A stretch of 64,000 bases of DNA from an uncultured archaeon (GTDB lineage: Archaea > Thermoproteota > Bathyarchaeia > Bathyarchaeales > Bathycorpusculaceae), in NCBI GenBank assembly GCA_963782915.1, contig CAWALK010000019.1:64001-128000 (forward strand), in the 5' to 3' direction. This document shows, piece by piece, positions 20,792-32,512 of the stretch. How positions within the stretch are numbered: position 1 is the first letter of the stretch; every line of letters begins with the position of its first letter. A program made the translations under genes and the position numbers. Under the pieces are notes generated by a model. The model was not told the origin of the DNA. It did no database searches and saw only the letters and a program-made list of their open reading frames with translations.

Positions 20792-23396
20792 CTATTTTTT
20801 TCTTAGCACTAAGATAATCAATAGCCCTACAACGATGATGGCGACGAAGAGACCTGCGATTGCTGGGATGAAGTAGATGTCAGCGGCTGATTGCTGGTTT
20901 TCAACTGGTGCGGTTGTTGCTGATACTGCTTGGGCTGCATGGAATGATGTTTCGGCTGATGATGGATAGTACGATTCTGAGCCTGCAAAGGTTGCAACTA
21001 CGGTGTAATCGCCTACGATGTCAGGTGTCCATGTGTAACTGAACATTCCACTGCCGTCGCTGGTGGTCATACCGATTTGTCTATAGTTTCCGTTGGCGTC
21101 AAGGACACTTAGAGTGACTGGTACACCGGTTGTGTTGGTTGGCATTGGTTGCTGCATGTAGACGTATTCCATCCATCGGCTCATGCTATCGTCAGAGACG
21201 CATGGAACGCCGTTGGGGAAGTTTGCTGCTTGTGCTTCTTGTTTTGAGCCTGCCGCGATGTCAGTGATTGTGCCTCTGATTGTCACTGGCGTTGCAGTTG
21301 TAACTCCGACTGCTGGCGCTGTGACTGTCATTGCGCTTGGTCCTTTGCCGTAGGTGTATAGTTGGTTGTCATAGGCGTTTAGCACTGTTGCGTAACCGTC
21401 TACGATGGTGGCTGCGTTTGTTACGTCGAAACCTGCTATTTCCCATACTAGTGAGCCGTCGGTGATGTTGATTGCTAATTGTTTTGCTCCGCGGAACAGT
21501 GGTGGACTATACTCGTGTCCTACGTTGAGGAAGTATACTCCGCCTGCGATGGATCCTCCGCTGAAGACCCATAGTGGCCATACGCCGTATGGTGTGTCTG
21601 AGCCGGATTCGCCGATGAGTTTGTTGGTGCTTGTGTACCAGACTTGTTCGCCTGTGATTGCGTTGATTGCCCAGATGTCGCCTCCGAAGCCCATGATGTA
21701 TAGTACTCCGTTTGCGATTTCTGTTTGGTAACCGCCGATGCTGTTGTATGGGTTGGGGACTGCAACGTTTCCGTTGTCGCCTGATAGTTGTTTTGGACCC
21801 CATACCAATTTGCCTGTGTCTAAGCTGTATGCTGTTATTTTGCCTGTAGCTGCTTCAATGTAGAAGTATAGACCGTAGCCGGATTTTGTTACTTGTTCTC
21901 TTGCGAACGGTGTCAATGTGCGGTTGGTTATCCAAAGTTGTCTTCCGTCTTCTGCGCTGTAACCTGCGTCTGCTTGCCAGCCGACGTTGAAGTACGCTGC
22001 GCCTGCAGCTGTCATTAGTACTACGCCGCTGTCTACTCTGTTAATTGATAGAGCTGAGCCTTCTGGGAAAGCGCCAGTTGTCAGGTTGGTAGCTATTGGT
22101 TTTGTCCACATGATTCCACGGCCGAAGTCGATGGTGCTGCCTTGTGCTGGTCTCCAATTCCAACTGTCTGAGGTAACGCCTTTTACGTATTGGCTATTGG
22201 GGTAGAATATGGCTTGTGTTGAGTTCCAGCAGTTGAGTGTTGGTGTGCCCCATTGGTTTGCTCGGCTGTTGTTGATGTAGTAGCCGATTAGGTTTCCGCC
22301 TGTGTCTGAAACGATGTTCAATCCAGTAGCGTTGACGATGCTTAGGATGTATTGGCCAGTCATTGCGTCATACATTTTTAGTATGTTTGGTGATGCTCCG
22401 AATCCGCCTTGGCTTCCTGGTACTGCCCAGAGGTATGCGATACCGCCGAATTGGTTGGGGTTTACCATGTTCGAGTATTTGTCCGTATTTCAGAGTGTCT
22501 GTAGTGTTTGCTGTCCAGATTGTTTCGCCGGTTCTAAGGTTTAGTGCTGTCCAGCCTGTTGGGTTAGAGGAGCTTCCTGGGAAATTGGTGAAGTACATTA
22601 CGCCGTTTATGATGATTGGTGCCCATTTTGGTTCATACTGGCTGGTTGAGTAGAAGTTGCTCATGTCGTTTCCGCCGTATTCTCCGCCCATTAAACCTCC
22701 GAAGGCGACTGGTTTTGTCCACATGATGTGTGCTGCCAGTGGCGCGTTGGAGTATGGGTTGTAGTTTCCTGTGGCGTTGTATCTTCCTGTTGCTGCGAAT
22801 GAGTGGGCGCCGAGTCCTAGCCAGTTGCCGCTAAGTTGGTACCATGGGTAGTTTCCTGCTTGTATTGGTCTTGTCCAATAGCTAGTTGGTAGTGGAGCGG
22901 TTGGAAGTAATGGGATTGGATCCTGCTGTACTGTTAAGTATGCTACTGGGCTGGTGGATGGCATGAAGTAGTCGCCGATGTATACGTTTCTTGGGTCGGC
23001 TCTGTTTTCGCCTTTCATTGTTTCTCCTGGGTAGGTAACTACAAACGAGTAGTTGCCGAGTTTGTCAGGTGTGAAAGATGTCCATGTTCCTCCTGTAGCG
23101 TCGGATGTGAATGGCCCTAAGGTTTTGTTTTGGCCATCTGGGTCTGTGATTGTAACTTTGAAACCGTGCCATCTGTCTCCGTTTGTTCCCGATGCTGTTG
23201 GTGGTGGTATTTGGACCCACATGCCTATGGTGACTAGTTGGCCAAGCCCTGCTGGGTTTGGTGCAACGCTGACATAGGCATACGTTGGGATGTTCCATGC
23301 GGGTGTGTGTGCGTTGGTTAATGCCATTGTTCCTATTGAGGATGTTAAGAGTGCTATGATTATTATTGCGAGGGTTTTAGTTTTTGGTTTTTGCAT
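20792..23396 (-). CDS. PQQ-like beta-propeller surface protein, one frameshift near 22470
   Basis: Signal peptide, propeller blades (A.D..TG...W), TTGVPVTLSVLDANGNYRQIG, C-terminal TM + RKK. Confidence 0.88.
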
Positions 23397-23627
23397 TTCT
23401 TTTCCTCTTTTTTGTTTATGCTTTATACGGTTTGTATACGTTTGTTAATAATACTAAGTGGCAAGAGGCCACTGACGACACTTTATCACCATTAAACCAA
23501 CTAAAGTTGAAAACCAACCATGCACCCCCTAAAACAGAATCGAAAAATCCCCTGATCCAATTAATCAGGATTCAAAACAGCAATTTCATGCACAAATCCA
23601 ATAACAGAACCCAAAATTGTTGAATGC

Positions 23628-23922
23628 TTGTTTTTTTATGTTAGTTGTTGCTGTGGACCCCTCTTATTTCAACAACAACCAACCGCTTATGAGGCGGATT
23701 GCGTTTTGGCTTCAGCGTTTAATTTGGTTGGCAGGCTGGTTGTGGAATAATCCGCAAGTAAAACAAAGAGAGGTCTTTTGATCTCACAGACCTACCCCCT
23801 CCCTTATTTATAGGCTCCACAACTGCCTATCTGAGTGTTTGAGGATTGTATGAGTGCAATCTTTCTGTTTGGGTGGCTAGGGGTTTGTTGGGTCCTATGG
23901 CGATTTTGTTTGCAGTTGTTTT
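23628..23922. repeat. ~300 bp dispersed intergenic repeat, copy B
   Basis: Colinear with 16558-16856, same orientation. Confidence 0.85.
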
Positions 23923-24170
23923 GGAATAGAATTGTTTTGCTATTTTGCTATTGTTGGTGGTTTTGTTTTTTAGTAGTAGATATTGGCATGAGCTCCCTTA
24001 CTCATCTCTTACCAAGGGCTTTGTAATGTAGTGGTTTTTGGTGTCTGCGTTTAGGACGGGTTGGTAAGTCCATTTTAGCAGAAAACCAAACTAAACAAAC
24101 ATCACCTAATAGAGACAGCTATACCGAAAAAAGCATATACCACAAAACACCGTTTCTCACCAAGGCACAG

Positions 24171-25319
24171 GTGAAAAACGTCATGGCATCCGCTGAAGAA
24201 AACAACAACGAAATGGTCGTAACCCCATGGGAAGTCAAGGGAAAAGTCGACTATGAACGTTTAATCAAAGATTTCGGCACCCAACCACTCACACCCGAAC
24301 TCCTCAAAAGAGTCGAAACCCACACGGATAAGCTTCACCTGCAGCTTGACCGAAAAATATTCTTCAGCCACAGAGACCTAGACACTGTACTTGACCTCTA
24401 CGATAAAGGCACAAAATTTGTCCTCTACACAGGTCGAGGACCAAGCGGCCCCGTCCACATCGGACACTTAGTGCCCTGGATATTCACCCTTCACATTCAA
24501 CAGAAATTCAAAACACGCCTCTACTTCCAAATAACCGACGATGAAAAATACCTCATAAGCGACCAACGCGACCTAAAAGAAACCGCCAAATGGTCTTATG
24601 AGAACGCATTGGATCTCATTGCCCTCGGATTCAAACCCGACGACACCTTCATCATCTACGACACAAAAGACATCGACTTACTCTACGACATAACCCTCGA
24701 AGTCGCCAAACGCATCACATACAGCACCGCACGAAGCACATTTGGCTTCCAAGACAGCACCAACATCGGCTGGGTCTACTGGCCAGCCATCCAAGCAGCC
24801 CCATGCTTCATACACAAAAAATTAACAGGCGAAAACGTTCCAGCGCTGATTCCAGCAGCCATCGACCAAGACCCCTACTGGCGAGTAACACGCGACATAG
24901 CACAAAAACTCGGCTACTACAAACCCGCACAAATCCACTGCCGCTTCCTCCCTGGACTTGGCACAGGCGGAAAAATGAGTGCATCCATGCCAGAAACCAG
25001 CATATTCACCGTCGACTCACCAGAAGTCGTCAAAAAGAAAATTTGGGGTGCATTCACAGGCGGCAAAGGCACGGCAGCTGAACAGCGTGCAAGCGGTGCT
25101 GATCCTTCAATCTGCAGCATATACCAGTACTACTTCTTCCTATTCGAAGAAGACAACGCCAAACTGGCAGAGCGGGAACGCAGATGCCGAGGCGGCGAAA
25201 TGCTCTGCGGCGAATGCAAGAAGGATGTAGCGGAGAAACTCAACCACTTCTTAGCGCAGCATCAGGAACGCAGAGAAAAAGCTAAAGACACCATCGAGCA
25301 GTACCACATCAAACGTTAA
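24171..25319 (+). CDS. trpS: Tryptophan--tRNA ligase
   Basis: VTPWEV, YTGRGPSGPVHIGH, AIDQDPY, KMSAS, AFTGG. Confidence 0.96.
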   Translation: MKNVMASAEENNNEMVVTPWEVKGKVDYERLIKDFGTQPLTPELLKRVETHTDKLHLQLDRKIFFSHRDLDTVLDLYDKGTKFVLYTGRGPSGPVHIGHLVPWIFTLHIQQKFKTRLYFQITDDEKYLISDQRDLKETAKWSYENALDLIALGFKPDDTFIIYDTKDIDLLYDITLEVAKRITYSTARSTFGFQDSTNIGWVYWPAIQAAPCFIHKKLTGENVPALIPAAIDQDPYWRVTRDIAQKLGYYKPAQIHCRFLPGLGTGGKMSASMPETSIFTVDSPEVVKKKIWGAFTGGKGTAAEQRASGADPSICSIYQYYFFLFEEDNAKLAERERRCRGGEMLCGECKKDVAEKLNHFLAQHQERREKAKDTIEQYHIKR

Positions 25320-25527
25320 TTTTTTTTAATCCTCTTAATTGAGGGGGCTTACAAGTTTTGTGTCTTAAGGCTTTTTTTTAACTCGGCTTAAACTATAAAT
25401 ATTCACAAAGCCTAAATGTTATTGAAAATCAGTTTTGCGGAATTCAACTTTTTTCGATGCGTTGTTTAACCCTGCATTTGAAAACAGTAAGTTAACCCAA
25501 CTCAAGCAAGAGGCGTATTTTTACTAG

Positions 25528-27711
25528 ATGAGTCTACCTGAAGACCAAGAGATTATTCAAATAATCCCCAAGCGAATCGAAAGGATACTTGAGCTTGCAA
25601 ATAATCTTTGGTGGAGTTGGGATGAAGATGGACGCCAAGTGTTCCGCTCTCTTGATTATGAACTTTGGAGAGCAAGCGGCCATAACCCTGTTAAACAATT
25701 ACGTGACATTGACATAGCCAAGTTGGAGTCGGCTGCTAAAGATCCCGCTTTTTTGGAACTCTATGATTCGGTGATTGTAAAATTTGATACTTACCTTTCA
25801 AGTAAGAAAAACTGGTGTGGCGAAAGTGACCAGAAAAATTTTGATGGGCAAATCGCTTATTTCTCCGCTGAATATGCTATCCACAATTCGCTTCCCATTT
25901 ACGCTGGCGGTTTAGGTGCCCTTGCGGGGGACATATGTAAACAATCCTCGGATATGGGTCTGCCATTTGTCGCCGTTGGTTTCATGTATCCTCAAGGCTA
26001 TTTCCGTCAACATGTCTCTGCCGATGGCTGGCAGGAAGAAGTCTATACACAACTAGATTTTAGTGAAGCCCCAATTTCCCACTGTGTATGGCCTCAAGGC
26101 TGTGGTCCTCACATTTCAGTTCCCCTTGGGGATCGCCAAATATACCTTCAAGTTTGGCAGGTCCGAGTCGGTCGGGTAAACCTGTATTTGCTTGATACAA
26201 ACGTCAGTGATAATCGTCCAGAGGATAGAGGGCTTTCAGCAAGGCTCTATACGGCTGATCAAGAAGAGCGACTACGTCAACTCATCGTTTTAGGCATAGG
26301 CGGCGTACGAATTCTCCGTGAACTACATATAGACCCGATAGTGTGGCATGCAAACGAAGACCACACAGCCTTTATGATGCTTGAACGCCTCAGAGAGGAA
26401 CGCGTCAAAGGAACCCCGTTAAATGAAGCAATTGAGAAGATACGGAAAAACACTGTTTTCACAACTCATACTCCTGTCGCGGCTGGGCATCATATTTTCC
26501 CATATTATCTTGTTGATCGTTATGCTCGTAACTTTTGGGAAGCACTCAGCATTGACAGGGACAGTTTCCTAAGACTTGGTTACTATGATGGTTTGGGACC
26601 AGAAAAGTTTAGTTTAACTGCGTTTGCCTTGCGCTGTGCTGGACAGGCCAATGCAGTTAGCAAGTTGCATGGGATTGTTGCTCGTAGGATGTGGAGTGTT
26701 CTATACCCTGGAAAACCTGTTGAAGAGGTGCCGATAATTAGTGTTACTAACGGTGTTCATTCGCCAAGTTGGTTGTCTGCGGAGATATCTAAGCTTTTTA
26801 GGAAACAAAGCGACGATTCTGGGTTGCTTCAAAGTGAATATACCGAACAATTCTGGAAATACGCAAATAACCTCTCGGACGAAGAGTTCTGGAATATTCA
26901 TCAAGTAATGAAAAACCGGTTAATTCGCGCCATACATGACCGTGCACAACAACGATTGGTTAAGGACGGCATTTCCACGTCACAGGTGCTTGCAATGGGC
27001 GCTTTACTTGATCCTTATACCTTAACTATTGCTTTCACACGACGATTTGCCCAATACAAACGGCCCTATCTCATTCTAAGTGATACTGAACGAATCAAAA
27101 AGATCTTAACTGACCCTTTGAAGCCAGTTCAAATAATTTTTGGCGGCAAATCGCATCCTGCAGATTATGCATCAAAGGAACTTCTTAAAAGCGTTTACAG
27201 GTTAGCTTTGGATAGGCGTTTTCAGGGTCGGATTGCCTTTGTTGAAGATTATGACATGAACCTCGCAAGGGATTTAGTTCGTGGAGTGGATGTTTGGTTA
27301 AACAACCCCAGACGTTTACAGGAAGCATGTGGAACAAGCGGTATGAAAGCTTCTATGAATGGGGTTATTAATTTGAGTGTTCTCGACGGATGGTGGAATG
27401 AAGCTTATAACGGGGTAAATGGGTGGGCGATTGGTGGGCTCAAGGGTGGCAGCCCTGAGGACGAAGACAGGACGGATGCTGAATCATTGTATAGCCAATT
27501 GGAAAAAAATATTGTACCACTGTATTATGAGCGTGACCGCAAAGGAATCCCCCACGGTTGGATTCAAGTTGCCAAAGAAGCAATCAAAACCATTAACCCT
27601 GTTTTCAACGCCTGCAGAATGATGAATGAATATATCGAAAGAATGTATTTGCCCGCCGTATTATCCAAAACTCCAAGTTATCCCTCAATTAGCGAAAAGG
27701 AGAATTTGTAA
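25528..27711 (+). CDS. glgP: Alpha-glucan (glycogen/maltodextrin) phosphorylase
   Basis: LANNLWWSW, AYFSAEY, YAGGLG, TTHTPV, TNGVH, EACGTSGMK (PLP lysine), SVLDGWW. Confidence 0.95.
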   Translation: MSLPEDQEIIQIIPKRIERILELANNLWWSWDEDGRQVFRSLDYELWRASGHNPVKQLRDIDIAKLESAAKDPAFLELYDSVIVKFDTYLSSKKNWCGESDQKNFDGQIAYFSAEYAIHNSLPIYAGGLGALAGDICKQSSDMGLPFVAVGFMYPQGYFRQHVSADGWQEEVYTQLDFSEAPISHCVWPQGCGPHISVPLGDRQIYLQVWQVRVGRVNLYLLDTNVSDNRPEDRGLSARLYTADQEERLRQLIVLGIGGVRILRELHIDPIVWHANEDHTAFMMLERLREERVKGTPLNEAIEKIRKNTVFTTHTPVAAGHHIFPYYLVDRYARNFWEALSIDRDSFLRLGYYDGLGPEKFSLTAFALRCAGQANAVSKLHGIVARRMWSVLYPGKPVEEVPIISVTNGVHSPSWLSAEISKLFRKQSDDSGLLQSEYTEQFWKYANNLSDEEFWNIHQVMKNRLIRAIHDRAQQRLVKDGISTSQVLAMGALLDPYTLTIAFTRRFAQYKRPYLILSDTERIKKILTDPLKPVQIIFGGKSHPADYASKELLKSVYRLALDRRFQGRIAFVEDYDMNLARDLVRGVDVWLNNPRRLQEACGTSGMKASMNGVINLSVLDGWWNEAYNGVNGWAIGGLKGGSPEDEDRTDAESLYSQLEKNIVPLYYERDRKGIPHGWIQVAKEAIKTINPVFNACRMMNEYIERMYLPAVLSKTPSYPSISEKENL

Positions 27712-29252
27712 TGTCACAAAAAAAGAGCGCAGAAAATATCGACCTCAATCTAGAAGATATTTTCATAGTATTTGTTAGAAGTGATGAAGTAGTTGCTGAC
27801 ATAAACCAGAAAGGTCACGAATTATTAGGCTACCCCAAAGATGAAGTCGTCGGTAAGAATTGGTTTGACAATTTTATCCCCCAAAGCAACCGCGAAGACA
27901 CCAGACTTTCTTTCCATCAATTACTAAACGGAACCTACCGCCGAGGAATTTCTGAAAAACCAGTCTTAACAAAGAACGGTCAAGAACGTATTATCGGTTG
28001 GCATGACTTAATAGTTAAAGACGAAAAAGGAAATTCTGCAGGCGTCATATCATCTGGGCAAGATATTACTGAGCGCAAATTAGTCGAAGACAGACACATC
28101 TTGTTAGCGTCGTTTCCAACATTTTACCCCAACCCCGTTGTTGAAGTTGACTTTACTGGAAAAATAACGTTCACTAATCCAGCAGTCAAAAAAATATTGC
28201 CTAATCTCGAAAAGAAAGGCTTAGATCAACCGTTCTTTTCTGATTGGGACAAGGTATCCTTGGCGTTTAAAAACTCAATTTCGATGGATTACTCCTTTGC
28301 ACGAGAAATCGAAATTGGTAGCCATTGGTACTTGCAAGAATTCTCCTATGTTCCCATAGGGCCCAGATTAAGAATTTTCCTTCTAAATATCGATGAAAAG
28401 AAACAAGCTGAAGAAGCACTAAAAGAAAGCGAAGGAAAATATCGCTCACTGTTTGAAAACATGATCAATGGTTACGCCTATTGCAGAATGGTTTACAATG
28501 AAAGAGATGAACCCGTCGATTTCGTCTATTTAGAAATAAATGACGCATTCGAAAAAATAACTGGGTTAAAACGGGATGATGTAGTCGGGCGAAGAGTATC
28601 TCAGGCTATTCCGGGAACGCTGCAAGACAATCCTGAAATCGTCAAAACATATGGTAGGGTTGCACGGTCTGGGAAAGCTGAAGCTTTCGAGGTTTTCTTT
28701 AAACCGCTTAAGTTTTGGCTAAACATTTCGGTGTACTGTCCCAGAAGGGACCATTTCGTTGCGATATTTGAAAACATCACTAAACGCAAGGAGCTAGAGC
28801 AGGAGTTGAATAGTTACAATCAGCGGCTTGAGGAAGTGGTGGCTAGACGCACTGCCGAGTATGCGCAGACAAACAAGAAGCTAACGCAGGAAATTATGGA
28901 ACGTCGTAAGAGTGAAGAGGGTTTGCTGTTTAGGGCAATGATTTTAGATAATCTAAAAGAAGCCATCTTTTTGGCTAATTTGAAGGGAGAATTTGTTTAT
29001 GCGAATCATGCTGCATGTGAATTGTTCGGTTACTCCTGTGAGGAACTTGTGAACACGAACTTTTTGCATATGCTTCAAATGCCCGATGCCCAAAAAAGAG
29101 AGTTAATGGATAAATTGGTTGAATCAGGAGAAATTGAACTTGAGACGAGTTATGTTAGAAAAGACAAGGTTGTTGTTCCGATTCAGTTACCGCTAAGTTT
29201 AGTGAAGACGGCTCATGGAAAACTGATAATCAGCGTAATTCACAAGATATAG
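27711..29252 (+). CDS. Multi-PAS protein with no kinase or output domain
   Basis: About four PAS/PAC units and a coiled coil; start overlaps the glgP stop (TAATG). Confidence 0.85.
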   Translation: MSQKKSAENIDLNLEDIFIVFVRSDEVVADINQKGHELLGYPKDEVVGKNWFDNFIPQSNREDTRLSFHQLLNGTYRRGISEKPVLTKNGQERIIGWHDLIVKDEKGNSAGVISSGQDITERKLVEDRHILLASFPTFYPNPVVEVDFTGKITFTNPAVKKILPNLEKKGLDQPFFSDWDKVSLAFKNSISMDYSFAREIEIGSHWYLQEFSYVPIGPRLRIFLLNIDEKKQAEEALKESEGKYRSLFENMINGYAYCRMVYNERDEPVDFVYLEINDAFEKITGLKRDDVVGRRVSQAIPGTLQDNPEIVKTYGRVARSGKAEAFEVFFKPLKFWLNISVYCPRRDHFVAIFENITKRKELEQELNSYNQRLEEVVARRTAEYAQTNKKLTQEIMERRKSEEGLLFRAMILDNLKEAIFLANLKGEFVYANHAACELFGYSCEELVNTNFLHMLQMPDAQKRELMDKLVESGEIELETSYVRKDKVVVPIQLPLSLVKTAHGKLIISVIHKI

Positions 29253-29403
29253 TTTAGAAAATGTCTTGCTTTTCTTCGCATTTTGAGAGCTTGATAAAAC
29301 ACCAATAGTCCTCTCCAATGGCAAGTCACCGAAACATTTCATCAAAACCTTATATGGGCGACTTCGACCGCTATAAACAAAAAATCAAGAAGCAGTCGCC
29401 GTA

Positions 29404-30957
29404 ATGAATGCCCCAGCACTAAACTCTAACAAAAAGAAAATCGCCCTACTCGTCCTATGCACCACATTATTCATAGTCGCCGTTTCCGATACTGTCTTAA
29501 ACTTGGCGTTGGCGGACATTTCAGGCAGCCTAAACTCAACCGCAACAGAACTCCTCTGGATAGTAGACGTTTACCTGCTCGTAGTCGCCACATTGCAGAT
29601 TACTTTTGGCTCAATCGGCGACCGCTATGGACGCAAACGGCTGCTCCAAATAGGGTTAATCACTTTCGGTTTAGGCTCCGTAGGTGCAGCACTATCAACC
29701 ACAGCTAACATGCTCATACTCTTTCGGGTAGTCACCGGTTTAGGCGCCGCAATAATGATGCCATCCACCCTTTCGATTCTAACCGATATTTTCCGAGAAC
29801 CAAAAGAACGCTCAAAAGCCATCGCATCATGGTCCAGCGTCTTTAGCATCGGCGCAGGCTTAGGACCAGTCATCGCCGGCTACCTCCTCACACAATTCGC
29901 TTGGTCATCAGTATTCTACCTCAACATACCCCTAGTCATAGTTGGTTTGATCGGTAGCTACCTGTTTCTGCCTGAATCAAGCGGCAACAGCGAATTCAAA
30001 CTAAACTTTGTGAGTATCATCCTCTCTGCAAGCGGCTTAGTATTCTTGGTCTTTGGAATAATCACAGCGGGCGAATACGGTTGGTTCACCACAGAGCTTT
30101 TGGTCGTCTATGCGGTAGCTGCAGCGTTGCTTTCAGGATTTGTCCTCTGGGAACGCAAAGCCTCAACCAACATGTTCCCATTGGAATTCTTCAAAAACAG
30201 ATCCTTCTTAGGCTCAACTATTGCGTTGACGCTAGCCAGCTTTGCACTCATGGGCTCAGTTTTCTTCTTTAGCCAATATTTCCAGTCAGTACAGGGTTAT
30301 TCGCCGCTTGAAACAGGACTCGCCATGGTACCGCTCAACATTTTTGTCCTAATATTCACGTTATACTCGGTTAAAGTTGACCAAAAAATCGGTGCCAAAC
30401 TAACCATAAGCATCGGACTCAGCCTGATCGGTCTTGGACTACTGTTATTCGGCTTTACCGCCGCCATTGACACTTCCTTCTTGATTTCGATTGCAGTACA
30501 ATTCTTCATTGCCATCGGTTTAGGCTTAGTCATGAGTCCCGGCACTAACGTAATTATGAATTCTATACCCACCGGCCGAGCTGGTGTTGGGTCAGCGATG
30601 AATGATACTACAAGGCAGATTGGCGGCGCTTTAGGCATAGCTGTTTTGGGTTCACTGGTAAATTCTGTTTATGCAGCCAAGATTGCGGCGTCACAAACAA
30701 TAAGCGCACTGCCGGAACAGGTAGGTTTGCATGTGCACAATAGTCTTCAGGCTGCCTTAATCGCTGCTGGAGAGCTTCCGGAAAGCACAGCTTCAGAAGT
30801 TATTTTTTATGCAAAACAATCCTTCCTAGATGGCTTAATACAGTCCGTTATGATTGCAGCAATTATTCTCTTCATAGCCGCAATAATCAACCTATTAATT
30901 TTACCCAAATACACAAAAAACCATGAAGCCTCAACAGCGGAAACTGCAATTAACTAG
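29404..30957 (+). CDS. MFS drug:H+ antiporter, DHA2/EmrB-QacA type
   Basis: GSIGDRYGRKR, WSSVFYLNIP, RQIGGALGIA, about 14 TM. Confidence 0.92.
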   Translation: MNAPALNSNKKKIALLVLCTTLFIVAVSDTVLNLALADISGSLNSTATELLWIVDVYLLVVATLQITFGSIGDRYGRKRLLQIGLITFGLGSVGAALSTTANMLILFRVVTGLGAAIMMPSTLSILTDIFREPKERSKAIASWSSVFSIGAGLGPVIAGYLLTQFAWSSVFYLNIPLVIVGLIGSYLFLPESSGNSEFKLNFVSIILSASGLVFLVFGIITAGEYGWFTTELLVVYAVAAALLSGFVLWERKASTNMFPLEFFKNRSFLGSTIALTLASFALMGSVFFFSQYFQSVQGYSPLETGLAMVPLNIFVLIFTLYSVKVDQKIGAKLTISIGLSLIGLGLLLFGFTAAIDTSFLISIAVQFFIAIGLGLVMSPGTNVIMNSIPTGRAGVGSAMNDTTRQIGGALGIAVLGSLVNSVYAAKIAASQTISALPEQVGLHVHNSLQAALIAAGELPESTASEVIFYAKQSFLDGLIQSVMIAAIILFIAAIINLLILPKYTKNHEASTAETAIN

Positions 30958-31024
30958 GGCTAACTCCTAAAAAACTTGATTAAGCGCCGAAACCACAGTT
31001 TCAAATGGATTTTTGGTGATTTAA

Positions 31025-31468
31025 TTGTCAGAAAACATACTTGTAAGAGACATTATGAGTAGTCCCGTTAAGGCTGTGCGGGAAGATACTACACTGCATG
31101 AAGTTATTGCTACTCTGAGCAACTTTGACATCAACGCGCTCGTCGTAATTGCAGGTGATAAACCAGTCGGTATTGTCACTACCAAAGATGCCCTGGTACG
31201 TGGGTATGAGCATGGTATGCCTGTTTCAGCAATTAAGGCCGGTATGGTTGCTTCGTCGCCGCTAGTTACCATCGCTGAAGACGCAAGTGCTGTTGAAGCC
31301 GCAGAGTTGATGCGCCGTAAAAACATAAAGCATCTACCTGTTACAAGTGACAATAAACTGGTTGGCATTGTGTCCGATACAGACATCATTTTTGCTATGC
31401 CTTCTTTGCTCTCGACCATGGAAGAAGTTTGTAGACCCAAAAAGGAGCCTATGTCACAGAAGCACTAA
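31025..31468 (+). CDS. CBS domain pair protein
   Basis: VRDIMSSPV, VGIVTTKD, IKHLPV, LVGIVSDTDI. Confidence 0.92.
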   Translation: MSENILVRDIMSSPVKAVREDTTLHEVIATLSNFDINALVVIAGDKPVGIVTTKDALVRGYEHGMPVSAIKAGMVASSPLVTIAEDASAVEAAELMRRKNIKHLPVTSDNKLVGIVSDTDIIFAMPSLLSTMEEVCRPKKEPMSQKH

Positions 31469-31587
31469 ACTGTAGAAGTTTTGGGCTGATATTCAAAGTA
31501 ATCCTAACTTTCTTTTTTAAACTCTTTTACGATGTCAACAAATGTTAACGCCAAAATAGCTGCGATTGCTTGAAAAAGATATAGCCA

Positions 31588-31998
31588 TTGAAAGCCAATG
31601 CTTCAAGGAAGCCGGAAAGCCCACCCTTGAAAGTAATTCAATTTGAAGACGAAGCAAAACGATGCAGTACTTCCGTCGAATTGGTTAAAGCTGATTTTGA
31701 AAAAGCAATAGCTGAGGGGAAAATCCACGGTTTAATTACACCCACCAAAAAAGCGGCTATTTGTTTTGAACCCGCAGAAATTGACCTGTTAGCGGCTGAA
31801 TTGTCCGGCGGCAGAATTTCTCTAACTAACATAGCCTCAGGGCTGGGATTGAGTGTTGATCAGGTGCGTTTGGTTGTTCAGTATTTGTTGAAAGCAAAGC
31901 GGGTTGAGGGTGAATTAACGTTTAATTGGTTCTATTTCCGATGCGGCTTCAAAGAAAGATATGCTTCACATTGCTCAATTGCGCAAGCTGAATCATAG
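31588..31998 (+). CDS. Hypothetical protein with PCI/wHTH-like region
   Basis: GKIHGLIT..., GRISLTNIASGLGLS helix-turn-helix pattern; C-terminus probably frameshifted. Confidence 0.5.
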   Translation: MKANASRKPESPPLKVIQFEDEAKRCSTSVELVKADFEKAIAEGKIHGLITPTKKAAICFEPAEIDLLAAELSGGRISLTNIASGLGLSVDQVRLVVQYLLKAKRVEGELTFNWFYFRCGFKERYASHCSIAQAES

Positions 31999-32063
31999 AC
32001 GCAAACTTGCGCGGAAACAACCCTAAAACAACAAAATTATGCTATTTCTTAATATCCCCTTAC

Positions 32064-32303
32064 TCAAGGGAAGCAAATAAAAAGCAAAACGGCGGTGTGA
32101 CGGAAAAGTAAAGGCGAAATGGCGACGCTAGACGCCAAAGTACCAAGCCCCGTGAAAAAAGTGATGCCGCTGATTATGAGCGCATCGAGAACCGCACTAG
32201 CCCAATCGAACTTCCCCTGCTTATCTCTAAGACCCCGCATACTGAGATTAATCTCGCAGAAGAACGCCTCATAGTTCAGTTTGAGCATCGCTGCACCAAA
32301 CAA
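32064..32303 (-). pseudogene. Possible remnant of a small membrane (holin-like) gene
   Basis: FDWASAVLDALIISGITFFTGLG hydrophobic segment; appears truncated. Confidence 0.3.
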
Positions 32304-32512
32304 TCCCTTCTTAGTATAGCCAATATAACGATTAACATGTAAGCTATTGGGATTTGCTCAATTGGCTAATGACAGACCATTTCCGCCACCTTTTACCCTC
32401 TCTCAAAATTATTCCAGGCAAGTTAAAGAAGAACACATATTCCAAAAATACTCTGCTATCGTATCAAGTTTTATTCTGAAGTCTACCCTCAGTTTTGTAA
32501 TGCTAAGTGCTA

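Noticed and set aside
16769-24026. Similar ORFs 16769-16993 and 23835-24026 as a peptide family
   Set aside because: The similarity follows the DNA repeat, ends where the repeat ends, and the W/C/F-rich composition reflects GT-rich sequence.
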